DNA from: Chiloscyllium plagiosum
Taxonomy: Eukaryota
Reading direction: 5' to 3'
NCBI RefSeq assembly: GCF_004010195.1
Contig: NC_057746.1
Location: forward strand, 18,101,666-18,165,665
DNA: 64,000 bases
The notes under the pieces are model-generated. The model was not told where the DNA came from, did no database searches, and saw nothing but the letters and a program-made list of their open reading frames with translations. Below, one piece after another: positions 49,722-61,949 of the stretch; within the stretch, counting starts at the first letter, position 1, and every line of letters begins with the position of its first letter. The position numbers and the translations under genes were made by a program.

Positions 49722-50040
49722 GGCGGCACGGTGGCATAGTGGTTAGCACTGCTGCCTCACGGCGGCAGGGACCTGGGTTCGATTCCAGCCTTGGGTGACT
49801 CTCTGTGTGGAGTTTGCACATTCTCCCTGTGTCTGCGTGGGTTTCCTCCCACAATCCAAAGATGTGCAGGTCAGGTGAATTGGCCATGCTAAATTGCCCA
49901 TAGTGTTAGGTGCATTAGTCAGAGGGAGATATAGGGTAGGGGAATGGGGCTGGGTGGGTTACTCTTCGGCGGGTCGGTGTGGACTGGTTGGGCCGAAGGG
50001 CCTGTTTCCACACTGTAAGTAATCTAAACCTAATCTAATT
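49722..50040 (+). mobile_element. HE1-type V-SINE
   Basis: Full head, V-domain and (taatc)n tail. Confidence 0.88.
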
Positions 50041-50129
50041 GTTTTCCACGTCCAGGGGTGGGGGTGGGTGAGAGAGATGGGACCCGGCTGCCTCTACCTG
50101 ACCGATTTGTGTGACTTGTATTCCTGCAG

Positions 50130-50270
50130 GTGTACCTCCCTCGGCCGCCGGTCTGCCCGCAAGCGCTGTACCGGCTCATGGTGCAGTGCTGGTGCCGGGA
50201 CTCGAAGAACCGGCCCACCTTTCAGCAGATCCACCGGTTCCTCACGGACAACGGCGCAAATGTGGCCTGA
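50130..50270 (+). CDS. DDR1: DDR1 last coding exon
   Basis: ttcctgcag|GTGTAC...TGA; VYLPRPPVCPQALYRLMVQCWCRDSKNRPTFQQIHRFLTDNGANVA*. Confidence 0.92.
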   Translation: MYLPRPPVCPQALYRLMVQCWCRDSKNRPTFQQIHRFLTDNGANVA

Positions 50271-50622
50271 GGGCGCGGGGGTGGGGGGCTGGAAGAGGGC
50301 ACAGTCCCCATCCACCTGGGATCCACCGACCATTCCCCTTCCCTTCCCCTTCCCCTTCCCCCGCTACTCGGCTGGACTGGACCCATTGAAACCTCTCTCT
50401 CTCTCTCCTCTGGGGAAGGGGAAAAAGCAACGAGAGAAGCAATTGCGAGCTGGTTCTTGGAAAAACACTGGATCTTGAATCTTTGAAGAATGGGCGAGGT
50501 GATCGCAGAGCATCTCTCTGTGAGTGTGTGTCTCTCTCTCTCCTCGCAACCGATAACAGGTTTCATCTCAACCTCACAGTGAAGCCCCTCAGTGGGACAT
50601 TACTATACCCGTCATCTCAGCC

Positions 50623-50662
<40 letters not shown>

Positions 50663-53600
50663 GTCTTGTTAAATCTCTTGACTACTGAAATGTGATTGAC
50701 CGCCAGAGAAAGAAGGCCTTATGCCCGAAACGTCGATTCTCCTGCTCCTATGCTGCCTGGCCTGCTGTGTTTTTCCAGCATCAGATTTTTCAACTCTGGT
50801 CTCCGACAGAGAAAGAGACCGGACTGTTGCCTGCATGTATGTGCATTTCTGTGTGGGCAGAGAAAGCCAAACAGGGTGGGTAGATCAGTCCATCGGTTTG
50901 CAGACTCGATGAGTGGGGCAACGAAGAGTGTGTGTCAGAATGAGAGAGAAAGAGAGACAGAACGTTTCATTCACTACAGTCGCAATTGGGAGTAAACAAT
51001 TGGATTGTAGGTGCAACTCCTTTGAGGATTACCTGCATTGTGAGCCCACTTTAACTCGATACGTAACTACTGAAGTGAGTTTTTTTTTTCCCCTTCCCCA
51101 TCCCCTATCGATGATGGAATTCCTGGAGCCTGGATTTTTGACCCAGCGTTGGACTACTGTAAACTGACTTGACCAGTGCCTCATTCAAGGTCCAAGGGGC
51201 CGTTGAAACAATTGGTGCGATCCTTTAATCAGTTGATTGTCCAATCGTCGCGTCGTGGAGGGACTCACTGATGGTACTTGGAGGCATTTGAAGCAACGTG
51301 GGGTGAAACGTCTGCAATCAGTCTTCCGTCGACGTACCGCAAGTTATTTTGGTGATTTATTTTCTCAGCCGTTACTTGATGATTGCCTCGGGTGTGGGAG
51401 GCAGAAGGAGTGAAATCAGAGAAAATGCCAACCCCTCCGCCAGCCCCCAAATAGCCAGCAGACTGCAACAGTGAAGAGCTGGGTTAGGGTTACACCTGGT
51501 CCATTGATGCAAGGTTTGTTTTTAACGGGAGGAGCCCTAACCACTTCGTTCAGAGCTACCAAACTACTGAGAGGGCTGCCTCCTGCGTTGAAGACGGACG
51601 ACTAGGTGTACAGTAACTACTGATCGAACATCTGACTACTGCATGAGGAAGACAGCCACCCGACTTTCAGAAGAGTGACTTGTCTGTAGTATTGTCTCCG
51701 CTACTCTGGCTAGGTGTACGCTTCCCTGTGCCAACACCCCCACCTCCATCCTGTGCCTTGGCTAAAACTGGAAACTCAACGGGCAGCCCTGAAATGAGGC
51801 AGAAACACTGGACACCCTCAGTCGGTTTCATGGGCCAATTTCTTACCGCACAGGGGATTTAATCAGGAATTACGGGGTAGTGGGATTGGTGAACCCATGG
51901 GGTCGGCTGCCAAGCTGCCACCATAACCCATTCGCCTCTGCCCTCCCCGATTCACGGGTTTCCGACTCAGTGTCCCGGGTTAAGACTTCCATTCATTGCC
52001 TTTTAGCGAGAAGGTTTCCAGTTGGGCTCATCCATCGCTGCTCGCTTGCACCTTCTGGGCTTCATAGGCCGCTCCGTTCAGTCAGTCCACCCCATCCACG
52101 GCTCACCAGCCTCCGCCGCTGCGTACCCTTCCATTTCCTTCCCCCCCTATTCCCATCAGTTATAACCTGTGGGCCGTGAACACACCCCATTGAGGTGGAT
52201 CATAAAATCCCTGCACTGTAGAAACAGGCCCTTCGGCCCAAAACATCCACGCCGACCGACCCAGACCCATTCCCCCTACCCTATTGCTCTACATTTACCC
52301 CTGACTAATGCCCCTAACACGCACATCCCTGAACACTAGGGGGCAATTTAGCGTGGCCAATTCACCCTAACCTGGACATCTTTGTCAGTGTGGGGGGAAA
52401 CCCACGCAGACACAGGGAGGATGTGCAAACTCCACCCAGACAGTCACCCGAGGCTGGTGAATCGAACCTGGTGCTGTGAGGCAGCGGTGCTAACCACTGA
52501 GCCACCCATATGTCTTAACTTCTACTCCCTACATTTTCAATAGATGCTTGTGCTCATTTATTTCAGCATGACCACCATCTTATTCCTGAGGTCAACAGAA
52601 TACCCCGTCAAATTATATGAGCAGGAGTATTGGTTTATATCTGTATTAGTTTGAATAAGATGCCTCCCAGTTATAGGGTCAGAGAGCTGTACAGCACGGC
52701 AGCAGACCCTTCGGCCCAACTCGTCCATGCTATCCTAAATTCACCCAGTCCCATTTTCCCATGTCCTTCTAAACCCTCCCTGTTCTTTTTTTTTTGTCCC
52801 AAGCAATGATGCTGTTCCCAGTGAAGGATTGCTGACTGAATTGACACCAGCCAAAAGGTGCACTAGGCAGAAATCCGTTCACTGTCTCCAGTGTCCTGCA
52901 GGATCATGTGAGGCCAAGAGCAGAGGTTGAGGACGCGGTTATATTGTGGTTCCAAGTCACCCAGGAGGCCGGTTTAATTACACAGAGATGAGTCCTCAGT
53001 GGCAGTTTGTGAATTTGAGTGCGGTTCACGAAATAAATTCAAACCGAAACGCTGGCTTCCGTTAACGGTGACGACTAAACTCCCCGATCGTCACAATTAA
53101 AACCGAAAACAGAATCTCAGCAGCTAGGGCAGCATCCGTGGAGGCACAGAAACAGGTGATGTTTTAAGTCCAGGCCTATTTCTTCAGAGTCAGTAGACTC
53201 AGAGACGTGAACTCTGTTTCTCTCTCTCCACAAATCCTGCCAGACCTGCTGGGTTTCTCCAGCACTTTTCTTTTTGTCTTTATTTTCCGCTCTTCCTGCG
53301 CCTGCAGTGTTTTGCTTTTGTAAAACTACACCTTGAGAGAAAGCGAATCCGCCGCGCTTACCCCAATCTAGCCTCCTCATGGCCCCAGACCCGCCGTGAT
53401 GCAGTTGGCTTTTTAGCTGCCCTCTGAGCTGTCACCAACGTCTCAAAAAAAGGGCAATACACCGTCAGCAACGTCCACGTCCCTCGGATGACCGGGTTAC
53501 TAAAGAAAAAGAGGCCGTTCGTCCCATTTAAGACTAACCTCACTGCCATAACTACCTGCCAAAAATGTCATGTGTCTTCCTTTGCCTCCTGGCTACCTAC

Positions 53601-54870
53601 TGGTGTGGAATGGCCGTGTCGCTGTGTGGGGTCAAAAGGTGACCTGCGCAGATAGAGGTATAGGGCAGGCACTCGTCCTTTGGTCCGCTATGTTGTGCCG
53701 AACTTGACGCTAAATTGAACTAATCCCTTCAGCCTGCCCTTAGTCCATGTCCCTGTCTTCCTTGCATATTTCTGTGCTTATCTTATCTAAACATCTCTAT
53801 TGTACCTGCTTATAAAGTTATTTATGAATGTTTCCCTATTCCTCGGCTCCCAGTTCAGATTCTGTTTCACAAGCACGGCCTTTTAACTTCAGGTATCTGA
53901 CCCGGGAGCCGTGAAAAACCTCATGGGAAATAGATGGAATCAGGTTAACCAGAGCCCCATCCCACCCCAAGATCCGCAAACTAGAGCCTTTTAGACCGGG
54001 AGCTGTGGGCAGGTTAAGGTGTGGTTTATTTCAGGGCGTTTGGAATGTTTCCAGCACGGAGTGGATCTTGGACGAGGGGGACACAATCTCACAGCTAGTA
54101 CGTCAGGAAAAAGGGCGGTGTTTGAGTCCCTTTTCATGAGACAGTGCAAATGGAGCCCAGGAAAGTAGATGAAGTCAAGACGGGCATCGGTCATGAGTGG
54201 GGTTGGGGTTGGTAAAGGAGGATGCTGAACGGCCTCTTCAAGTTCCCATATTCCCCTATTCTACAGGTGGGAACTGAAGAGGCTTCCAATGCAAAGGACT
54301 GTTTGGGAGACACTTGAAAATCCTTTTATCTTGCCCAGATTGCTGCAGCCTGTGCATACCAATGCCCTCTTCACCTTCCTCGTGTAAATGCGATGCTTTA
54401 GACCTTTCCCTGTTTGCAATAACACTTAGCGTTTTCTAAAGTTTGGGACCCCCAGTACGTCTCTTGGGTTTCTGCCAAGAACTGGGCCGTCTGTGAACCC
54501 AACTACTGATCAAGTTAAACATTAGGCATCTGAGCTGGAAGCGAGGAACATGGTTGAAGTGTTCTTAAATCATGTAAAGAGTAGCTGGTAATCCAGATGT
54601 TAAAAATTATTGACGGTGAGTAAATATTTGTGTAGCGTGTGGGTGTTTTAACAAATGTTGGTTATTGTGAGATAGAGAATTCTTCTCTAATCCTTTGGTC
54701 TTACGCTGGATTCAAACTGTACTGGATTATTGTTGAGGTTGTGTACATATTTTACAAAGAGATTTTTAAGGTAATATATATGAAATCACTTTGGAGCTTC
54801 TCTGCAGATCCTATTCATGCTTGCAATTTTCTAGGTGTTTGTAATAAACCTTCCTTTGATTGTTGAAAAC
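50271..54870 (+). other. DDR1: Putative long DDR1 3'UTR with clustered miR-199 seed matches
   Basis: Mostly unique sequence after the stop; AATAAA at ~53032 and 54843; 7x ACTACTG and 2x ACACTGGA. Confidence 0.55.
54843..54848 (+). terminator. Candidate DDR1 polyadenylation signal
   Basis: AATAAA after a U-rich stretch with TGTA elements, just before repeat-rich sequence resumes. Confidence 0.45.
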
Positions 54871-54879
54871 AAGAGATGC

Positions 54880-55300
54880 CTGGAGGCAGTGTTATTAACC
54901 ATTCCTTTCTACAGTGACAGTGCACTCTTGTCTCTAAATCTGGGCATCAAGTCACATCATCCGCCAAACACTGGGTGCAAAGGTCTCAGCTGACAATCCC
55001 ACGGTAAGTATTGAACGTACCGTCTGCTGGATGGGATGACCAAGTCGCACCATTGCCCCCCCATCTCAGGTGGGCAGGGAAGATAGATCCCGTGCCACTA
55101 TTCTGAAGAGCAGCGGGAGAGATGAGCCAACACTGACCCCCTCAATCAAAGTTGTGGAGGGAACAGACTCATTGTCGCATCTGCTCTGCAAACTGACTGT
55201 CCTCCCACATTTGCAACAGTGGTCGTGCTTCCAAAGGACTTCATTGGGATGTCAAACACTTTGGGGTCACGAGGGGGCTACGTTTGTGCAAGCCTTACTT
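54880..55300 (+). mobile_element. Ancient Deu-domain-type SINE remnant (SacSINE/AmnSINE-like)
   Basis: Degenerate L2-like tail caacagtgg...cttccaaag...cattgg...ctttgggg...gtgcaag; similar remnant at ~36320-36990. Confidence 0.4.
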
Positions 55301-56772
55301 TCCCATTGTTTTAAAATGTCACAATCAATTCTCGGCACAGACGAGTGTTGCATCTTCAACAATGAGGCAATGAAACCATCATAAATGGATCTGTGGTGGC
55401 ACCAGCATCACTGACCCAAAATGTTATGCATTTAAGTTACATTCTGTACTTCTAATTGTAGCTTTATTTAGGTCCATTCTAGTGTCTCGGCTCCACACAA
55501 ACCTTCTCTTGTGTCTGTATGTATTTTTCTGTTGTTCATTTGCAATGTGTGTTTCACGTTCTTAAGATATCTCAAAGCACTACCGAGAGTAGAATCAGAG
55601 AATTTTACCGCACAAAGGAAGCTATTTGGTTCCAGAAAGAGCTGCACAGCTAATCACATTCTCCAGTACTATCTCCATAGCCTAAATTCATCATTTTCAA
55701 TTGTAACGAATCAGACAGCATGGAAGCAGGAAGCCATTCGGCCCATCAAGTCCACAACAGCCCTCTAAAGAGCATCCCAACGAGACCCCCCACCCCTACC
55801 CTGTAACCCTCCATTTCCCATGGCTAATACACCTAACCTACAAATCCCTGGACAATTTAGCAAGCCAATGTACCTAACTTGCACGTCTTTGGACTGTGGG
55901 GGGGACACCCATGCAGACATGGGGAGAATGTGCAAACTTCACACAGGCAGTCACCCGAGACTAGACTCAAACCTGGCTCCCTAGTGCTGTGGGGCAGCAG
56001 TGCTAACCACTGAGCCGCTGCACAACTCAGTTCTCTTTTAAAATCTCCTTTGGAATCCATCTCCCAGGCAATGCATTCCAAATCCTAACAACTTTCTGAG
56101 TAAAGACGTTTCTCCTAATCTCTCTCCTAGCTGTCTCGCTGACAGTCTTGAAATTGTGACCCTCTAGTTACTGACATACCATATACTGGAGACAGAATAT
56201 CTTTCTTTACTCAGTCAAAATCGTTTATAATTTTGAATGCCTCGTTAAGGTCACCTCTTAATCTTCTGTGCTCCAAGGAGAATAAGCCCAATGTCTCAAA
56301 CCTTTTGTTGCATCTAAAATCCTTCATTCTTGATATCATTCGAGTAAATTGCCTTTGGACTCCCTCCAGGGCTTTAACATCCTTTTGCCCATTAAATATC
56401 TATCTTAATTTCCCAACAAGAGACCAAATGTGGATCTCACCTTCAGGGCAGTAGTTGTACAGATGGTATATGAGTTTCCAAACCTTATCAAGCAGTGAGA
56501 ACAAGTCCAAACATGTGCCTGTTAGGTGGATTGGCGATGCTAAATTGCCCATAGTGTTTAGGGATGTGTAGGTACATTAGCTATGGGAAATGCAGGGTTA
56601 CAGGGAAAGGAGAGGGGGATGGGTTTGGGTGAGATGGTCTTTGGAGTGTAAGTGTGGACAAAAAGCCTGTTTCCACATTTGGGTTCTATTCTGTTTGATT
56701 CTTTTCTAATGGGATCAGCAAATAAAATGTGTGATTTCAGTGCACAGGGTGTAAAAGTCAAGAGGTTTTGAA

Positions 56773-57080
56773 TTAGATTCCCTACAGTGTGGAAACAGGC
56801 CCTTCAGTCCAACAAGTCCACACCAACCCTCCGAAGAGTATCCCACCCAGAGCCATTACCCTACCCTATTACTCTACATTTCCCTGACTAATGCACCTAA
56901 CCTACTGATCAATTTAGCAAGACCAATCTCCCCTAACCTGCACATCTTTGGACTGTGGGAGAAAACTGGAGGAAACCCACGCAGACACAGGAGAAAGTAC
57001 AAACTCCACACAGGCAGTCGCTCCAAGGCTGGGATTGATCCCGGGTCCCTGGCGCTGTGAGGCAGCAGTACTAACCACTT
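56773..57080 (-). mobile_element. HE1-type V-SINE
   Basis: Reverse head and tail motifs. Confidence 0.82.
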
Positions 57081-57388
57081 TTTGCTACACTCTTTCAGGG
57101 CATTGACAGTACTGTGTGCAATGTTGGTTTCATTTCTTCAGGGGGGAGTTGAGAGCTAGGTTACTTTTCTGGGATGAAGAGGTTAAATTAGGAGGAATTA
57201 TTAAACAAGCTGGCTCTGTATTCATTGGAGTTGAGAAAATTGAGAACGATTCTCTCGCTGGAACTGATAAGGTCGGTAGGATTAAGTGGTATTATTGCTG
57301 GACTTTAATTCAGAGACCCAGGTCATGTTCTGGGGCCCCAGGCTTGGATCCCGTCAGATAGTGGAATTTGAATTCAATAATTAAAAGG

Positions 57389-57790
57389 GGTGGCTCAGTG
57401 GTTAGCACTGCTGCCTCACAGCACCAGAATCCCAGGTTCGATTCCAGCCTCGGGTGACTGTCTGTGTGGAGTTTGCACATTCTCCCCGTGTCTGCGTGGG
57501 TTTCCTCCAACAGTCACAAAGATGTGCAGGTTAGGTGAATTGGCCATGCTAAATTGCCCATAGTGCTAGATGCATTAGTCAGAGGTAAATGGGTCTGGGT
57601 GGGTTACTCTTTGGAGAGTAGGTGTGGACTGGTTGGACCGTGGGTTTCCTCTGGGTGCTCCGGTTTCCTCCCACAATCCAAAGATGTGCAGAGTCAGGGT
57701 GGATTGGCCATGGGAAATTGCCAGTAGTGTCAGGTGCATTAGTCAGGGGTAAATATCGGGTAGGGGAATGGGTAGGGAGTCTAATCTAAA
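57389..57790 (+). mobile_element. HE1-type V-SINE (with partial second copy) nested in a second-family SINE
   Basis: Host sequence gtggaatttgaattcaataa resumes as aaatctgg...catctggttcact after the insertion. Confidence 0.7.
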
Positions 57791-58279
57791 AACTAAATCT
57801 GGTGTAATGATGATCGTGAATCGATTCCTGGGTAAAAACCCATCTGGTTCACTGAGGAAGCTGCCATCCTTACCTGGCCTGGTCTACATGTGACTCCAGA
57901 CCCACAGCAATATGGTTGACTCTCTACTGCCTTCTGGGCAATTAAGGATAGGCATTAAATATTGCCTCACCAGGGACGCCTTCATTCCACGAACAAATAA
58001 AGAAATAAAAAAGTGCTGAGAGGGTAGTTCCCTACATTGAAGAATATAGAATTTGGTGACACAATCTCAAGATGAGGGGTCACATTGAACAGAAATGTGG
58101 AGGAATATCTTCTCTCATCGCTGGAATCCATTACCTCAGCAGCTAGTGGGGGTAAAGTAATTTAAAAGATTCAATGTCGAGTGAGATTTTTGACCTCCAG
58201 GGGAGCATGTGCTCCTATGTCCTTATGATCTTACTCTCCACCCGAGTTGATTATTCTGAAGTCATTTCTCAACCATAGT

Positions 58280-58805
58280 TATAAAGTCATAGAGATGTAC
58301 AGCACGGAAACAGACCCTTCGGTCCAACCCGTCCATGCCGAGCAGATATCCCAACCCAATCTAGTCCCACTTACCAGCACCCGGCCCATATCCCTCCAAA
58401 CCCTTCCTATTCATATACCCATCCTGATGCCTCTTAAATGTTGTAATTGTACCAGCCTCCACCACTTCCTCTGTGTGAAAAATTTGCCCCGTAGGTCTCT
58501 TTTATATCTTCCCCCTCTCACCCTAAACCTATGCCTCTAGTTCTGGACTCCAGACCCCAGGGAAAATACTTTGTCTATTTATCCTATCCATGCCCCTCAT
58601 GATTTTGTAAACCTCTATAAGGTCACCCCCTCAGCCTCCAACACTCCAGTGAAAACAGACCCAGCTTGTTCAGCCTCTCCCTGTAGCTCAAACCCTCCAA
58701 CCCTGGCAACGTCCTTGTAAATCTTTTCTGAACCCTTTCAAGTTTCACAACATCTTTCTGATAGGAAGGAGACCAGAACTGCACACAATATTCCAACAGT
58801 GGCCT
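58280..58805 (-). mobile_element. CR1/HER1-type LINE 3' fragment
   Basis: RPLLEYCVQFWSPSYQKDVVKLERVQKRF. Confidence 0.87.
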
Positions 58806-59396
58806 GCTAACCGATGTCAGAACAAAGCAGCAGACCTTCAAGGGGACGAGATCACGTTTGTTCTGAAAAGAGGAAATGGTTTGCTCCTGTATGTCATTGC
58901 CTGCTGTTTTTCATTCATTTGCATATCTCCCCACAACTTTGCCTGTGTATACATAGATACGTTTGCAAACACAGCAATTCATAACTCAAACCCGATGCTG
59001 AGGCAGGCACAGAATGAATAAAGGGTTTAGTCACGCAGAGCCCGGTGATGTGACAGTGTTGGGAGAGAAATGTGACTGCCACCACGTTGACTTCAGTTAA
59101 CAAGGAAGCAGCCTTCATTTCGAAAGTATGCACAAAGTCTGGTTCTGAGCGTACTCGATTTATTTAAATAGTAATGAGGAGGTTGGAGGAATTTCAGATA
59201 GTTGGGCCTCGCACAGACAAAAATACAGGAGATGTTTGTGAAGAGTCCCCTCAAAGTCATGAAGGGGTCTCAAGGGTGTCAAGGTGGTATGTAAGATAAT
59301 CAGACCCAGAGGACCGATGAGCAGAGAGTTTCGCTTTGACTCAGCAAGTTGTTGTGATCTGGAATCTGCTGCCTGAAAGGAGGCAGGCCCACTTGG

Positions 59397-59872
59397 CAGC
59401 ACGATGGCTCAGTGGTTAGCACCGCTGCCTCACAGCACCAGGGCACCCAGGTTCGATTCCACCCTCAGGTGACTCTGTAGAGTTTGCACGTTCTCCCTGG
59501 GTTTTCTCCCACGGTCCAAAGATTAAGTGCAGGTTAAGGTGGATTGGCCATGCTAAATTGCCCAGGGACGTACAGGCTAGGTGGGTTGGCCATGCTAAAT
59601 TGCCCAGGGATGTACAGGCTAGGTGGATTGGCCATGCTAAATTGCCCAGGGATGTCCAGGCTAGGTGGATTGGCCATGCTAAATTGCCCAGGGATGTCCC
59701 GGCTAGGTGGATTGGCCATGCTAAATTGCCCAGGGATGTACAGGCTAGGTGGATTGGCCAGGCGGAAATACAGGGTTACAGGATGGGGTGGGTATGGGTG
59801 AGATGCTCTTTAGGGGGTCGGTGCAGACTTGATGGGCCCAAATGGCCAGTTTGCACACTGTAGGGATTCTAT
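59397..59872 (+). mobile_element. HE1-type V-SINE with internal 42-bp tandem expansion (~5.5 units, ~59535-59762)
   Basis: Unit aggctaggtggattggccatgctaaattgcccagggatgtac. Confidence 0.88.
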
Positions 59873-59975
59873 GAATAATAGCCCACTGGAGATAAATGCC
59901 CGACCAGCAGAAAGTTGCAATCTCATGGGGGAAGAAAGTGGTGGAGCTAGACGATTTGGAAAATCCTCTCTATTC

Positions 59976-60003
59976 CTGATGAAGGGCTTTTGCCCGAAAC
60001 GTC
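59976..60003 (+). ncRNA. Minimal hammerhead core in a Penelope-like fragment (~59972-60103)
   Basis: CTGATGA-A-GGGC-TTTT-GCCC-GAAAC-GTC. Confidence 0.65.
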
Positions 60004-60779
60004 GATTTTACTGCTCCTCGGATGCTGCCTGACCTGCTGTGCTTTTCCAGCACCGCTCTAATCCAGAATCTGGTTTCCAGCATCTACAGTCATTGTTTTT
60101 ACCTAAATTCCTCTATAGGCCTATCTGTACCATCACCCAGAAATTCTACTCCCCTCTCAATGCGTCAAACAGAGGGGTGCTCCAGATGATGTGGTCAAAC
60201 CTTGCATTGAAAATTGAGAACTCTTCCCCATGCAGCTCCCACCCCTAATGCTCAACCTTCAACAAAATTATCACAGAGATACAGGCCCTTCAGCCCGTCG
60301 AATCCACAACGACCGTCCGAAGAGCTAACCGCCCAGACTTACCAATTCACTTTATCCCAGTAACCTTGCATTTCCCATGGCTAACCCACCCAACCTACAT
60401 ATCCCTGAGCACTATGGGGCAATTTAGCATGGGCCAATCCACCCTAACCTGCACATCTTTGGACTGTGGGAGGAAACCGGAGCACAGACATGGGGAGAAT
60501 GTACAAACTCCACATAGACAATCGCCCGAGGCTGGAATCGAACCTGGGTCCCTTGGATGGCCTGATTTGAATCTGCACCCACCAAGCTCCATTTAGAGAG
60601 AAAAAACTGCAGCTGCTGGAATCCAAGGTAGATTCCAGCATCAACGTCAACATTTCAGGTATAACCCTTCTCCAGGACTCCCCGAACGGTTGGGCTCTCC
60701 AACTCCTGATGCTGCCTGTCTTGCTGTGTCCTTCCAGCCTCCTGCTTGTCTCCCCAACTAACTCCAGGTCCAAACATAG

Positions 60780-61083
60780 AATCGTAGAGTCCCTACAGTG
60801 TGGAAACAGGCCCTTCAGCCCAACAAGTCCACACCGACCCTCTGAAGAGTAACCCACCCAGACCCATTCCCCTACCCTTTTACTTCTACATTTCCCCTGA
60901 CTAATGCACATAACCTACATGCCCCTTGAACACTATGGGGCAATTTAGCACAGCCAATCCACCCTAACCTGTGCATCTTTGGATTGTGGGAGGAAACCCA
61001 CACAGAAGTCACCCAAGCTGGAATTGAACCCAGGTCCCTAACGCTGTGAGGCAGCAGTGCTAACCACTGAGCCACCGTGCCGC
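60780..61083 (-). mobile_element. HE1-type V-SINE
   Basis: Reverse head and tail motifs. Confidence 0.85.
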
Positions 61084-61949
61084 TTAACTGCTTGCTGTGT
61101 GAAAATATTTTGTCCCACGTCACACTTGATTCTTTTTCAAACTACTGGTCCCCTTATTCTTGAGTGTTTTACGAGTGGGAACAATTTCGCCCTGTCCTCT
61201 ACGTCCATATACAGTTCTAAAAGCTTCCAGCACATCTCCCTTCTCTTCCCCAATGGCATTACTCCCACATACTCCAAGATAAAAGCAAAATGCCGTGGGC
61301 TGCTGGAAGTCTGAAATGATAACAAAGTGCTGGGGAAACACAGCGGGTTTGCAGAGACTGTGGAGAGAGAGGACGAAAGTGGATTTTTTGAGTCCCATGT
61401 GGCTCTTTGAGGTCGAAAGTCATTCGTTGATGATGCAGTCTCCACTACAACAGTGAACACATTGGATGACTGCTCTGTAGAACTCTGTCCACAAGAATGA
61501 CCCTGAGTTTCTGGAAGAGTGCCATTTCAATGCACCCTTTTTTTTAATTCATTCACTTCTGGGATGTGGGTGTCGCTGGATGGGCCCAGCATTTATTGCC
61601 CGTGCCCAGTTGCCCTTGCGAGCTTTCTTGAACCGCTGCAGTCCATCTGCTGTGCGTCGACCCACAATGCTCTTAGGGAGTGATGGTTAAGGAATGGTGA
61701 TGTATTTCTAAGGCAGGATGGTGAATGGCTTGGAGGGGAACTTGAAAGTGGTGGCGTTCCTATGTATCTGCTGCCCTTGACCTACTAGATAGGTGTGATC
61801 ATGGGTTTGGAAGGTGCTGTCTAAGGCTAATTGGTGAATTTCTGCCGTGCATCTTGTAGATAATACATACTGCTGCTCCTGAGCGTCAGAGATGCAGGGA
61901 GTGAATATTTGTGTCTGTGGTCTAATCAAGTGTGGATGAGTGTTTTTGG

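Noticed and set aside
45734-50270. DDR2 or NTRK assignment of the kinase exons
   Set aside because: Residues LYAG, MAWE, LMLC, NAGE and HRFL, and the MHC-type neighbours, favour DDR1.
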